Assembly: GCA_964611725.1 (NCBI GenBank)
Contig: CAZTBA010000001.1
Location: 1,117-65,116 of the forward strand
From: an uncultured bacterium
GTDB taxonomy: Bacteria > Latescibacterota > CAZTBA01
Reading direction: 5' to 3'
DNA: 64,000 bases
Part shown: piece by piece, positions 7,883 to 16,494 of the stretch
How positions within the stretch are numbered: position 1 is the first letter of the stretch
Layout: each line of letters begins with the position of its first letter
Notes under the pieces: model-generated
What the model was told of the DNA's origin: nothing
Database searches by the model: none
The model's input: the letters and a program-made list of their open reading frames with translations, nothing else
Program-made: the position numbers and the translations under genes

Positions 7883-9881
7883 GAGCTTTCCCTCGGCTGT
7901 TGAACATATCGGTATACTTTCCGCTTCCGCTTTCATTACACGGATGATATTTATGTTCCTCCTGGGTAGACTGATATAATTCCTTTCCTAACTCCCAAAG
8001 TTGTTGCAGATCATATGGTTCACCACACTGACGATATACCAGCGTTTGATGTTTGTCGGGAAAGGCCCGTTGAAACTTGTTCTTGACTTGCGATTCTCTC
8101 TGATGCAAGGCAGAGCACAACGCACACTCACTCTCAGGTGTGGCAAGGTTGAGAAACAGCACTGGCATACTGACTCCCATTCGCTCGCAGGCAGCCACCA
8201 AGTCTTTAGTTTCTTGGAATGCCATTTCTGTAAGAGTTGTAACGAGATATAATGCGGATCGGGTCGGGTCGTTCAACAGGGTTCGTATGCGTTTGAGCTC
8301 TTTGGACATTTTTACAAGATGCTGAGATACTTTAGGCAAATGAAAGATCTGCTTGTACTTTAGAAACAGTCCGAACAAGAGCTTGAGCCACTTGTCCACA
8401 AGTTCTGGAAGTTCCAAGAGCCGGATCAGATGCCCGGTTGGTGCCGAGTCGAGGATAAGAATGTCGTAACTGCCTTGAGTGAGAAGTTCCGTGGCTCGAA
8501 CCAAGGCCATGACCTCATCGAGACCAGGAGGTGAGAGATCTAGAATCCTCTCTATTACCTCGCGGTCAAACGCCAAGTCAAAATTATGGAAAACGGAATC
8601 CAGAAATTGCGCTAGCTCTTTCTGATATCGTATTTTCAAAGATTCAAATTCAGCTTGGGCATCGATTTCCATGGCCGTCAAGCCCGATGACAGGCGTGTA
8701 GGCCTGGGGCCTATTTGCACGCCTAAGCAGGCTGACAAGGAGTGAGCAGGATCCGTTGAGAAAAGAAGAACTTCCCTTCCTCGAAGATCATGAGCCAAGC
8801 GCACGGCTGTGGCGCAGGCAAGGGTGGTTTTCCCCACACCACCCTTGCCGCCAAAGAGCAAGAGTGTTGTTTCAGATGACGGATACTCCGGAGCCGCCTC
8901 AACCTTAGGTATCGGACCAACCGACACTTCGGAAACGGATACTGCCTCTGTGAGCTCTACGACACTCTTCCAGAGCGCATCAAGACACTCTACCCCACGA
9001 ATCTCCATTGGGTAAAGTGGAACCCCCCAAAGAGCGTATCTTGATGAAGCGCTATTGCTAAAAAGATTCTTCAGTTCCTTCATCTGACGGTTGCGTCGGG
9101 TCTTACACACCGGGCAGATACTGTCCAGATAAAGTTTATTGACCACGATGTCAGTAACTGGCACCTTTATACGTTCCAGCTCTTCTACCAGCGAAACTGT
9201 TTCGCGGATGCTCAACTCCTCGGCGAGCATAACCGGCACAAAACGGCAACGAACGGGATCCACCAGCAAGGCTTTGATCTGGTCCACCGAGACAGACAGC
9301 TCCAGCAGGAAGTTATCGAGCTCATCGCGATGGTAGGAACCGCTGTAAAGCATCTCCATAAAGCGGTGCTTGGCCAACAACGCATCCAGCGCTTCAAGCC
9401 AATTCCGGATCAGCTCCGGCATGGCTAGCAACCGCAGCGTGTGGCCTGTGGGAGCGGTATCTACAACAATACAATTATAACTCTGATCTTCCACCCACCT
9501 GGAGACCTCAAGAAAGGCCATAAGTTCATCCAGACCAGGCAGAGAGAGGTCCAAAAACTGGCTTATATCATCGTTATCTAGAAATGTCCCGCGTGATGCA
9601 ATCTCTTGGAGTTTCCGATTATGCTTCGCCTTGAAGATCTCCAGACACTCCTGAGCATTGAGCTCGAGGATTCTTAAATTGGGGGGAGGAAGAAAGCCAG
9701 CCATACTATCAGTCAGCGAGTGGGCAGGATCAGTCGAGACAAGGAGGAAGGAGCCTCGAGGAGAATTTCGGGCGAAGTGGAGTGCAGTGGCTGTCGCGCA
9801 GGTGGTCTTCCCAGCCCCACCTTTGCCGCCAAAGAGTAACAATTGCAGATCTTGATCTCCCAGGAAAAAGGGATTAGCCAT
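7875..9881 (-). CDS. tandem (two-halved) ArsA/GET3-family P-loop ATPase
   Basis: Two copies of the deviant Walker A plus ArsA signature: FGGKGGAGKTT...STDPAHSL...DTAPTGHTLRLL and FGGKGGVGKTT...STDPAHSL...DSAPTGHLIRLL. Confidence 0.85.
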   Translation of the reverse strand: MANPFFLGDQDLQLLLFGGKGGAGKTTCATATALHFARNSPRGSFLLVSTDPAHSLTDSMAGFLPPPNLRILELNAQECLEIFKAKHNRKLQEIASRGTFLDNDDISQFLDLSLPGLDELMAFLEVSRWVEDQSYNCIVVDTAPTGHTLRLLAMPELIRNWLEALDALLAKHRFMEMLYSGSYHRDELDNFLLELSVSVDQIKALLVDPVRCRFVPVMLAEELSIRETVSLVEELERIKVPVTDIVVNKLYLDSICPVCKTRRNRQMKELKNLFSNSASSRYALWGVPLYPMEIRGVECLDALWKSVVELTEAVSVSEVSVGPIPKVEAAPEYPSSETTLLLFGGKGGVGKTTLACATAVRLAHDLRGREVLLFSTDPAHSLSACLGVQIGPRPTRLSSGLTAMEIDAQAEFESLKIRYQKELAQFLDSVFHNFDLAFDREVIERILDLSPPGLDEVMALVRATELLTQGSYDILILDSAPTGHLIRLLELPELVDKWLKLLFGLFLKYKQIFHLPKVSQHLVKMSKELKRIRTLLNDPTRSALYLVTTLTEMAFQETKDLVAACERMGVSMPVLFLNLATPESECALCSALHQRESQVKNKFQRAFPDKHQTLVYRQCGEPYDLQQLWELGKELYQSTQEEHKYHPCNESGSGKYTDMFNSRGKAHA

Positions 9882-9963
9882 ACCCGTTGCTCCAATATGA
9901 ATGTAAAATTATTTAAATATTGTTGGCTCCATTCCGTGTTCATAGCTTTGCTACACATCCTCT

Positions 9964-10251
9964 TTATACTATTTCGATGTCCTCTTGTTCTTCATTCTCC
10001 TCATTCTCATCTTGGATATGGATTCCGCGTTCCTGTATTTCGTCCAACCGGTCAAGGATCTTTTTTTCTCGGATATCGAACTCAGCCTCGGTAATCTTCC
10101 CCGTCTCCAACATCATATAAAGCTCGCTTAGCTTAGCGGTGATGGTCTCTGCCTCGGTGGCGAGTTCTTGCTGAGCGGCATTGTGCACCTCGCGGAAAAT
10201 CCAAAGGATACTATTAATCGGAAAAAACAGAATATCGTCAACGATCAGCAC
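9964..10251 (-). CDS. gvpG: gas vesicle protein G
   Basis: MLIVDDILFFPINSILWIFREV...LSELYMMLETGKITEAEFDIREKKILDRL plus an acidic tail, the typical GvpG layout. Follows gvpF. Confidence 0.75.
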   Translation of the reverse strand: MLIVDDILFFPINSILWIFREVHNAAQQELATEAETITAKLSELYMMLETGKITEAEFDIREKKILDRLDEIQERGIHIQDENEENEEQEDIEIV

Positions 10252-10276
10252 TTTAATCCCCTATGCTCTTCTGCGC

Positions 10277-11035
10277 TCAAAGCCTAAGATCCACCTCGAC
10301 GAAGTTGTGAGGAACCCATGGTCCATTGTAGTCGAATGCAAAGTTATTATCGAACAGTTTGGCTGCCTCGAATACACCAGTTTCAAGTTCTTCTTGCGAT
10401 TCACCTCCCACGAGACAAGCCAGATTCATTACCTCTCGTTCATTACGGCATTCGTTTCTTTTTATCTCAAAACAACGCCGCGACAAGGCTTCTTCAACTC
10501 TCTTGGTATGGGATTCGCGATCCTCATTGAGAATGTGCTCAAACATCCGTCCCAGTTCGATCTTCTCCTCCTGGGTGGGCTCGCGGTGAGTGCCGAGAAA
10601 TCGATCACGGGCAGCTCTCAGTTCGGGATGGGTGTTGACAAAATATTCGAATATGTTAGGCACCTCCCATGTGACGCGCAGGCCCATCTCTACCTTGCCG
10701 GCCACGCGATGGAGTTGTTCAAGGAAAGCCCCTCGGTTGCGGGAGAGGATTTTTTGGATCGCTCTGCGGCTGTCTGCAATGATGCCGAAGGACATAGGCA
10801 GTGGAGTGTTCCCACCCATGAGCCGCTTGAGGACTTCCTGATGAGCCGCGAGGTGGCGACGTTCCGGGCGGATCCTCTGGTTAGGAACGTTGCTGACTAC
10901 AGCCGCTATCTGTCCATCGGAGATGGTGTAAACAGCACCTCCGTTAATGCCGAAAGAGCCATAGGTTCGCTTATCAGAGCCAGTCACTACAGCATACAGG
11001 TATATTCCACTCCTAATTGTCGTTCGTCTCGCCAT
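10277..11035 (-). CDS. gvpF: gas vesicle protein GvpF/GvpL family
   Basis: IYLYAVV...AAVVSNVP...HQEVLKRLM...PLPMSFG...GKVEMGLRV...YNGPWVPHNF are the hallmark GvpF/L blocks. Confidence 0.85.
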   Translation of the reverse strand: MARRTTIRSGIYLYAVVTGSDKRTYGSFGINGGAVYTISDGQIAAVVSNVPNQRIRPERRHLAAHQEVLKRLMGGNTPLPMSFGIIADSRRAIQKILSRNRGAFLEQLHRVAGKVEMGLRVTWEVPNIFEYFVNTHPELRAARDRFLGTHREPTQEEKIELGRMFEHILNEDRESHTKRVEEALSRRCFEIKRNECRNEREVMNLACLVGGESQEELETGVFEAAKLFDNNFAFDYNGPWVPHNFVEVDLRL

Positions 11036-11153
11036 GTTTTATCCAATCCTTTCACATGCAAGGTGGAATTCGGATTGCGAATTACAGAATGTCGGGGCCG
11101 AACAGTCTAATTCATTTCCTGTTCAGTCTATTCCGCATTTCCCTATCCTTCAT

Positions 11154-11351
11154 CTATCGGACGTCTTCAGGGGCCTTTCTAGTCGAAGGGCGCGGTGAGA
11201 TATTCGCTAACTTGACCGATTTGAGTTCGCCTTGTTCGGTCTTGATATCCAGCATCGCACTGCAAGTTAAGCACTTGACCTGACCCTTATAGTCATCATA
11301 TACGTCGTCTAGGTCCACCTTATGCCCGCAGGAAAGACAGTTAATTTTCAT
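11154..11351 (-). CDS. small zinc-ribbon protein (CxxC...CxxC) inside the gvp operon
   Basis: MKINCLSCGHKV...VKCLTCSAML. Its start overlaps the preceding small ORF. Confidence 0.5.
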   Translation of the reverse strand: MKINCLSCGHKVDLDDVYDDYKGQVKCLTCSAMLDIKTEQGELKSVKLANISPRPSTRKAPEDVR

Positions 11352-11496
11352 TTGCTATCCCTAAACGTTTGTTTTGTTCTTCGAGAAGCTCTTGCCTGAG
11401 ATCTCCACTCCTGGATGCGACACAGAGACCTATGCCAAGCACAGCCAATATAGCTCCTCCGAGTGCCACTATGGTTATTAGCAACCAGTGGATCAT
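11341..11496 (-). CDS. 51-aa single-pass membrane mini-protein (hand-found, below the track cut-off)
   Basis: Hand translation: MIHWLLITIVALGGAILAVLGIGLCVASRSGDLRQELLEEQNKRLGIANEN. AAGGATGGG lies upstream. It sits between two other small ORFs. Confidence 0.3.
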   Translation of the reverse strand: MIHWLLITIVALGGAILAVLGIGLCVASRSGDLRQELLEEQNKRLGIANEN

Positions 11497-11508
11497 TTTC
11501 CCATCCTT

Positions 11509-11703
11509 TTACCATGTTTTCTTCGACCGTTGTCCAGTGAACATCCTAGTAGATGAAACAAGCATCTCATCTACGGGAGGCTTGTAGCGGTCTCTTTCTT
11601 CTGGAGGTTTGAGTGGGGAGATAATTTTGTCCACTATCAACCCACTTCCTTCCCATAGAATAGCTCCTATCATTATGCCTGCAACGAAGATTAGGATATC
11701 CAT
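11509..11703 (-). CDS. 64-aa single-pass membrane mini-protein
   Basis: MDILIFVAGIMIGAILWEGSGLIV, then a charged tail. ORF only. Confidence 0.35.
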   Translation of the reverse strand: MDILIFVAGIMIGAILWEGSGLIVDKIISPLKPPEERDRYKPPVDEMLVSSTRMFTGQRSKKTW

Positions 11704-11771
11704 CGTTAGCTCCTTTTTTATGTAATCCCCTTTCTGTTACCCTTCTTTTCTGCCATGCACTCTGCCTTTCC

Positions 11772-12131
11772 TCAGTACTTGATCCTGAACCTGCCTGTGC
11801 TATGAGAGGGCACGGATTTGGATTTCGTGTTCGAGGTATCAGTGGGATTGCCGCAGGTTCGCTCGCTTAAGGCTCTCAAAAGCGTATCTTTTTCAGCCTC
11901 GATTTCCCGGAAGCGTGCATCTATATTTCTCACTCGATGCATCGCGCTCTCTCTCTCCGCTTTCCGACGGAATTTTTCTATCTCAAGAGAGGTAAGCCTC
12001 ATATATGCCTTATAGGGCACAGTAGCAGCTTGATCAACGCTTCCTGAGAGAGTGCGGAGGTCCTGTAAACCTCTTATATTTCTTTTTGGGATAGCCATAT
12101 TCTTACCCCTTTGGGCTAAATTTGGCTTCAT
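11772..12131 (-). CDS. GvpV-like coiled-coil protein
   Basis: ATGA start/stop overlap with gvpN. YKAYMRLTSLEIEKFRRKAERESAMHRVRNIDARFREIEAEKDTLL resembles the short coiled-coil protein that follows gvpN in cyanobacterial and Serratia clusters. This is from memory of the family, not a search. Confidence 0.5.
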   Translation of the reverse strand: MKPNLAQRGKNMAIPKRNIRGLQDLRTLSGSVDQAATVPYKAYMRLTSLEIEKFRRKAERESAMHRVRNIDARFREIEAEKDTLLRALSERTCGNPTDTSNTKSKSVPSHSTGRFRIKY

Positions 12132-13129
12132 GAACTGTTCGCTTGCCCTCGGCCTTTGGTGGTTTTCCGTCTAGGTCCGCACACCTTCTGAATCACCTCT
12201 TCCACCTTCTGCGACATAAGCGACTGGCCCTCACGGGTAACCTTCGCCGTGTCCGTCGTATTGAGGACATCCCGGCAGACCCGCTGGAAGATGGGGTCAC
12301 TCGGCCGGGCGCGGCCCCCCAGGTGGGCGAGAATCCGGGCGATCGCGATACAGGCCCGGACCGTGGGTCGGTGGTTGTTCACACCGATGCCGCGTAGCTC
12401 CCTCACGATGTCCACGATTGTCTCCGCATCCAGCCTGAGAATACCTGACTTCGCCATCGTGATCTGGATCTCTGTCTCACGGTCGTAGTGGCCGAGGTTG
12501 ATGGTAATCAGCCGGTCCATGAGAGCATCCTGGGTCTTATGAACGCCTGCATACTCCTCTGGATTCGAGGTAAAGATGGTTCGGAAGTCCGGATTCACCT
12601 CCAGGTAACCCTCTCCGGACCTGCGCAACTTTGGCAGATTGAGGACCTTCTCCTCCAGGATGCTGAGGAGCACGTTATTCGCCTCAGGTCTCGAACGGGT
12701 AAACTCATCGTAGATAAGGGTGTGTCCATTACGGCAGGCTGTGGTGAGCCGGTTGTCCACCCAGAGGCTCTTCATCTCCTCTTCGGTCTTCAGGACAGAA
12801 TGGATGAAATTGTCAATGAGTTTATATTTGCGGTATCCATCGTCCCTGCCAACCAGGTCGGAACTCCCGAACTCGTCATCCCCGTTGATAAGGGTGACCG
12901 GCTGGCCAAGCTGCGCGGCAACATGAAAGGCCAAGGTCGTCTTCCCCGTCCCCGCCGGTCCGGAGAAATGGACCGGGTATCCCACTTCGAGGTAGGCAAG
13001 TGCACGCTCTACGAGCTCTTGGATGTAGAGAGTCAAGACGAACTCCTCGCCGGGCTCGGGCAGGACGTTGTCGCCTTCGGTCTGGACTCTTACCGTAGCC
13101 GCTGATATGCTTCTTAAATCACCATTCAT
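12128..13129 (-). CDS. gvpN: gas vesicle protein N (MoxR-like AAA+ ATPase)
   Basis: Walker A FSGPAGTGKTT, Walker B LIYDEFTR, and the GvpN-typical C-terminal half. Positioned between the GvpC-like and GvpV-like genes. Confidence 0.9.
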   Translation of the reverse strand: MNGDLRSISAATVRVQTEGDNVLPEPGEEFVLTLYIQELVERALAYLEVGYPVHFSGPAGTGKTTLAFHVAAQLGQPVTLINGDDEFGSSDLVGRDDGYRKYKLIDNFIHSVLKTEEEMKSLWVDNRLTTACRNGHTLIYDEFTRSRPEANNVLLSILEEKVLNLPKLRRSGEGYLEVNPDFRTIFTSNPEEYAGVHKTQDALMDRLITINLGHYDRETEIQITMAKSGILRLDAETIVDIVRELRGIGVNNHRPTVRACIAIARILAHLGGRARPSDPIFQRVCRDVLNTTDTAKVTREGQSLMSQKVEEVIQKVCGPRRKTTKGRGQANSS

Positions 13130-13162
13130 TTGCTATTTACTCCTTCCTTATGTGTAAAGAGC

Positions 13163-13357
13163 CTACCGGCCGGGGACCCGGCCCCGGCCGTGGCATTTCA
13201 GACAGACCATCGCTGGCGCCGATGCATCGTCACCCGTACCACAGTACTCCAGGCACACAACGGTGGGGCCAATCGGTTGGGGAACAAAACCTTCCCCACC
13301 ACAGAAAGAGCAGCGAACCGCCACCATTTTCCGTTCTTCGATTACCATCTTAGGCAT
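13163..13357 (-). CDS. 64-aa DnaJ cysteine-rich-domain-like zinc-finger protein
   Basis: CSFCGGEG, CLEYCGTG and CLKCHGRG are CxxCxGxG-type repeats. Confidence 0.5.
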   Translation of the reverse strand: MPKMVIEERKMVAVRCSFCGGEGFVPQPIGPTVVCLEYCGTGDDASAPAMVCLKCHGRGRVPGR

Positions 13358-13378
13358 ACCTCGCTCTCTGTTGCCAGT

Positions 13379-13873
13379 TCAACGGGCTGTGCTTTTTTTT
13401 GTCTTTCCCGCTCTTCTAGCTGCCGGCTGCGCCCTTTCCCCCCTCTCAGCCTGGCGGTTAGCCTCTTCTCTGGCCCTGTGTTCAGCGGGAGATGGCTCAA
13501 ACCAGGCTCGGTGCGCACCAGCGATGTCGGCTGCAAATCCTTCTTGCAGTTCGGCGACTTCCCGCTTTAAGTCGGCGACCGCCTGCTCAAGGTCAGACAA
13601 GAACTCCATCCGCTCAGACTTCGTCGTTTTTGCCATCTCGACGCAGGCATTATGGAAGCCAGCCTTCATCTCAGATACACTGGATGCCAGGCTAGATACA
13701 AAAGCTGAGAGATCGGTTTTCATCTTCCCCGCCATCTCAGCATGCGTACCCTGGAAACCAGCCTTCATCTCAGCTACGTCTTGTTTTAGATCCTCGACAA
13801 AGGTCTCACGCGCTTCATGCAAAGCATCTGTCTCATTGCGCAACCGGGTCATATCATCAGTTAATCGGCCCAT
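13379..13873 (-). CDS. GvpC-like repeat/coiled-coil protein (position-based call)
   Basis: Internal repeats DVAEMKAGFQGTHAEMAGKMKTD / SVSEMKAGFHNACVEMAKTTKSE / LKREVAELQEGFAADIAGAHRA. Immediately downstream of gvpA, with a basic tail. Confidence 0.5.
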   Translation of the reverse strand: MGRLTDDMTRLRNETDALHEARETFVEDLKQDVAEMKAGFQGTHAEMAGKMKTDLSAFVSSLASSVSEMKAGFHNACVEMAKTTKSERMEFLSDLEQAVADLKREVAELQEGFAADIAGAHRAWFEPSPAEHRAREEANRQAERGERAQPAARRAGKTKKSTAR

Positions 13874-13971
13874 TTTTTTCTCCTTATCTCTCTAAGTCGT
13901 TAGACCCTCCGGGGCAGCTTCGACACTGTCGGGTTTGTCCCTGAGGGCGTTTTGAGCAAGGACATTCTCCC

Positions 13972-13999
13972 GGGAGGGGCCTGTGGAGCCACCCCTCCC
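13972..13999 (-). terminator. GC-rich stem-loop without a T-tract between gvpA and the next gene (possible attenuator)
   Basis: gggagggg-N12-cccctccc, 31 nt after the gvpA stop. Confidence 0.35.
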
Positions 14000-14029
14000 A
14001 GAAGAGAAACCCTCCGCTTCGCTGGGTTC

Positions 14030-14248
14030 TTACGCCGGAGCGGCTGCGGTGGCCGTCAGGCCAATGGCCTCGGCGTACTTCAGGTAGGTCTCGACCGAAG
14101 CTATAACAACGCGGGCTTCGACAGACAGCAACTCGATTCCTACCAATGACACCTTCACCCAGGCATCGATCACGATGCCCTTGTCCAGAATCCGGTCAAC
14201 AACTTCAGCCAGACTCGAGGAATCTGTTGATTTCTGAACTTTTGCCAT
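14030..14248 (-). CDS. gvpA: major gas vesicle structural protein GvpA
   Basis: [54 protein letters not shown] is a near-consensus GvpA. Confidence 0.95.
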   Translation of the reverse strand: MAKVQKSTDSSSLAEVVDRILDKGIVIDAWVKVSLVGIELLSVEARVVIASVETYLKYAEAIGLTATAAAPA

Positions 14249-14276
14249 TGCGGTAAACCCCCTTTCTCAATTAATT

Positions 14277-14299
14277 CCGGTGCTTGTTGCCAGCACCGG
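14277..14299 (-). other. 8-bp stem-loop in the predicted gvpA 5' UTR
   Basis: ccggtgct-N7-agcaccgg, between the sigma54 promoter and the ATG. Confidence 0.4.
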
Positions 14300-14330
14300 T
14301 CATACGTTAGGCATGCCTCCACGTATCACA

Positions 14331-14346
14331 TGCGAAATCTATGCCA
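14331..14346 (-). promoter_or_regulatory. sigma54 (-24/-12) promoter for gvpA
   Basis: The minus strand reads TGGCAT-agatt-TCGCA, with the exact GG-N10-GC spacing. It lies ~85 nt upstream of the gvpA ATG. A sigma54 activator gene is in the same locus. Confidence 0.6.
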
Positions 14347-14426
14347 GATTGGGAAAAAAAGTCTTTCTTATTTGTAAGTGATGAAATTTCAGAACGATAA
14401 GGAAATCGGCCGTAGTGGGTTGCTGC

Positions 14427-14449
14427 TCAGGAATGGGAGATTCAGGAAT
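14427..14449 (-). promoter_or_regulatory. direct repeat TCAGGAAT x2 (15-bp period), candidate enhancer/UAS
   Basis: Plus strand: gcTCAGGAATgggagatTCAGGAATtg, ~85-115 bp upstream of the -24/-12 element. Confidence 0.3.
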
Positions 14450-14511
14450 TGATGCTATGGAATATGTTTCACATTTTAGAGGAATCCATTTCTTATTTTA
14501 GGATAGGGAAG

Positions 14512-14892
14512 TCAGAAAGAATTTGATAATTCGACCTCTTTTAGGACTTCGTTGTGGAGGAAAGGTTTACTGATAAAGCCGCATATTAATCCTTCCGACA
14601 ACGCCTTCTTTACGTCTACATCGTCTCTGTAAAAGTAACCCGAAACCATAACGATACGAGTTGTGGGATTAATCTCTCGAATACGCTTTGCCAGATCAAG
14701 CCCATCTATGTCAGGCAGCTTGGCATCCAAAAAGATTAATCGAATGTCATATTTTCCTATAAGTGTAAGTGCCTCAAGGCCATTTAGTGCTTTTTCCGAG
14801 AGAAGCCCTTTCTTTTTCAAAATACGTTCCAAAGCCCAGCACATGTCCGGTTCATCATCCACGATGAGAAATGCTGTCTTTTTAGCCCTCAT
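14512..14892 (-). CDS. single-domain response regulator (GvrC-like position)
   Basis: FLIVDDEPD...LIFLDAKLPDIDG...GFISKPF. Confidence 0.85.
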   Translation of the reverse strand: MRAKKTAFLIVDDEPDMCWALERILKKKGLLSEKALNGLEALTLIGKYDIRLIFLDAKLPDIDGLDLAKRIREINPTTRIVMVSGYFYRDDVDVKKALSEGLICGFISKPFLHNEVLKEVELSNSF

Positions 14893-14972
14893 TTAACAAG
14901 ACCTCCTGCTCCATCCTAAGATGTATTGAAAAAATAGCCCTGTTTGAGACCTCGTTCCAACCTGCCAGAGGT

Positions 14973-16454
14973 TTAATCACACAAAGGAAGCCTCACAGTA
15001 AAGGTGCTTCCCTTCCCTTTAACGCTATCCACCTCAATGGAACCAAAGTGTTGCTTTATGATGGAATAGCAAAGAGAAAGCCCCAAGCCCGTTCCTTTTC
15101 CAACAGATGCCGTTGTATAGAACGGGTCAAATATTTTGCTAATGTCTGCGCCGGAGATGCCACGGCCCATGTCGGCAATATGAACCAAGGTCTCGCTGTC
15201 CGTTCTTCTTACGGAGATACTTAAAGTTCCCCCATCGGGCATGGCTTTGATGGCATTTAGGAAAAGATTCATAAACACCTGTTGAAGAAGGCTGGCGACA
15301 CCACTGACCATCACAGGTTTTCTAGGAAAGTGTGTCTGCAGTTCGATTTTCTGAAGACTGGCCTGGTTAGCAACCAAAGTCAATGTTTCCTTGAGAATAG
15401 AGAGCAGATTTATCCTCGACATTTTGGTCCCCGCCGAGGGACGGGCGAATCTCAAAAGGTTTTCGATAATGACAGACGTCCTCTGTATCCCTGCTTGAAT
15501 TTTCTCAGCACATTCTTTCCGAAACTTTGTGGTAATATCATCTTCCATGAGAAACTGAGCGGCTGACGAACAAATCGCCAGGGGATTCCGTATCTCGTGG
15601 GCGATTCCTCCAGCCATTACGCCTAGGGCAGCTAGTTTCTGTGACTGGAGAAGTTGTGTCTCGAGCTTACGGCGTTCAGTCAGATCTCTCCCTACCGCGA
15701 CGATTCCTGTTATTTGATCCAGATCATCCTTCATCGGGGAACAGACCCATGAAATCAGAATGGAGTCACTGTGCTTTGTTAAGAGATCCCACTCAGCCAT
15801 CTGCGAACTTTTTTTAATCTTCATACTAGAGAAAACTTCCCTTACCTCCTTACGGTGATTTTCAGCGCAGCACTCGAAAAAAAAGCTCCCTTTTACCTCA
15901 TTGGAACCATAGCCTGAGAGCCTCTCAGCCGCTGTGTTCCAGGTCAAAATCCTCCCTTCGGTGTCGGCGGACAGAACAATGTCACTTGCACTCTCGACGA
16001 CACTCGCGAGATGACGCTCCATCTGATGGATCTCCTCGTTCAATCTTACTTGCTCAGTCACATCTTCCATTAAAAACATTGCGTTCTCTACAGTTCCACT
16101 CCAGCAAAAAGGAAGGATGCTGTAATAATAGATCCGTATCGGAATCCCTGGCGCCCGATAGGTCATCCGCTCCCCCGTAACTGGCTGGTTCTTTTCGAAA
16201 ACCTGACGGACGCCACTCGCGATGTCTATATGCTCAAGGATGATGGTAGGGAATACTTCCTCCAGTCGGTGGCCGATTGTATTCGACACAGAGCGCCGGC
16301 TCTTTTCCAGAAAATTTCGATTTGCCGAGACTATGCGCATATCTTGGTCGACTAGCAGAACTGAAGAGGGAATTGCGTCCAGAAGCATCGCATAGAGTTT
16401 TTCGTAGCGTTTAGATGAAACTTTACGCGGGACCTTGACCTTTTTCACTTCCAT
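14973..16454 (-). CDS. cytoplasmic PAS-PAS sensor histidine kinase (GvrB-like position)
   Basis: No TM segment. H-box GGIAHEIRNPL, N box FLNAIKAMPDGG, G boxes DMGRGI and GTGLGLS. Confidence 0.9.
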   Translation of the reverse strand: MEVKKVKVPRKVSSKRYEKLYAMLLDAIPSSVLLVDQDMRIVSANRNFLEKSRRSVSNTIGHRLEEVFPTIILEHIDIASGVRQVFEKNQPVTGERMTYRAPGIPIRIYYYSILPFCWSGTVENAMFLMEDVTEQVRLNEEIHQMERHLASVVESASDIVLSADTEGRILTWNTAAERLSGYGSNEVKGSFFFECCAENHRKEVREVFSSMKIKKSSQMAEWDLLTKHSDSILISWVCSPMKDDLDQITGIVAVGRDLTERRKLETQLLQSQKLAALGVMAGGIAHEIRNPLAICSSAAQFLMEDDITTKFRKECAEKIQAGIQRTSVIIENLLRFARPSAGTKMSRINLLSILKETLTLVANQASLQKIELQTHFPRKPVMVSGVASLLQQVFMNLFLNAIKAMPDGGTLSISVRRTDSETLVHIADMGRGISGADISKIFDPFYTTASVGKGTGLGLSLCYSIIKQHFGSIEVDSVKGKGSTFTVRLPLCD

Positions 16455-16494
16455 TAAAAGATTCCCCTTTCTACTCGCTGCCTGTTATCCACAC

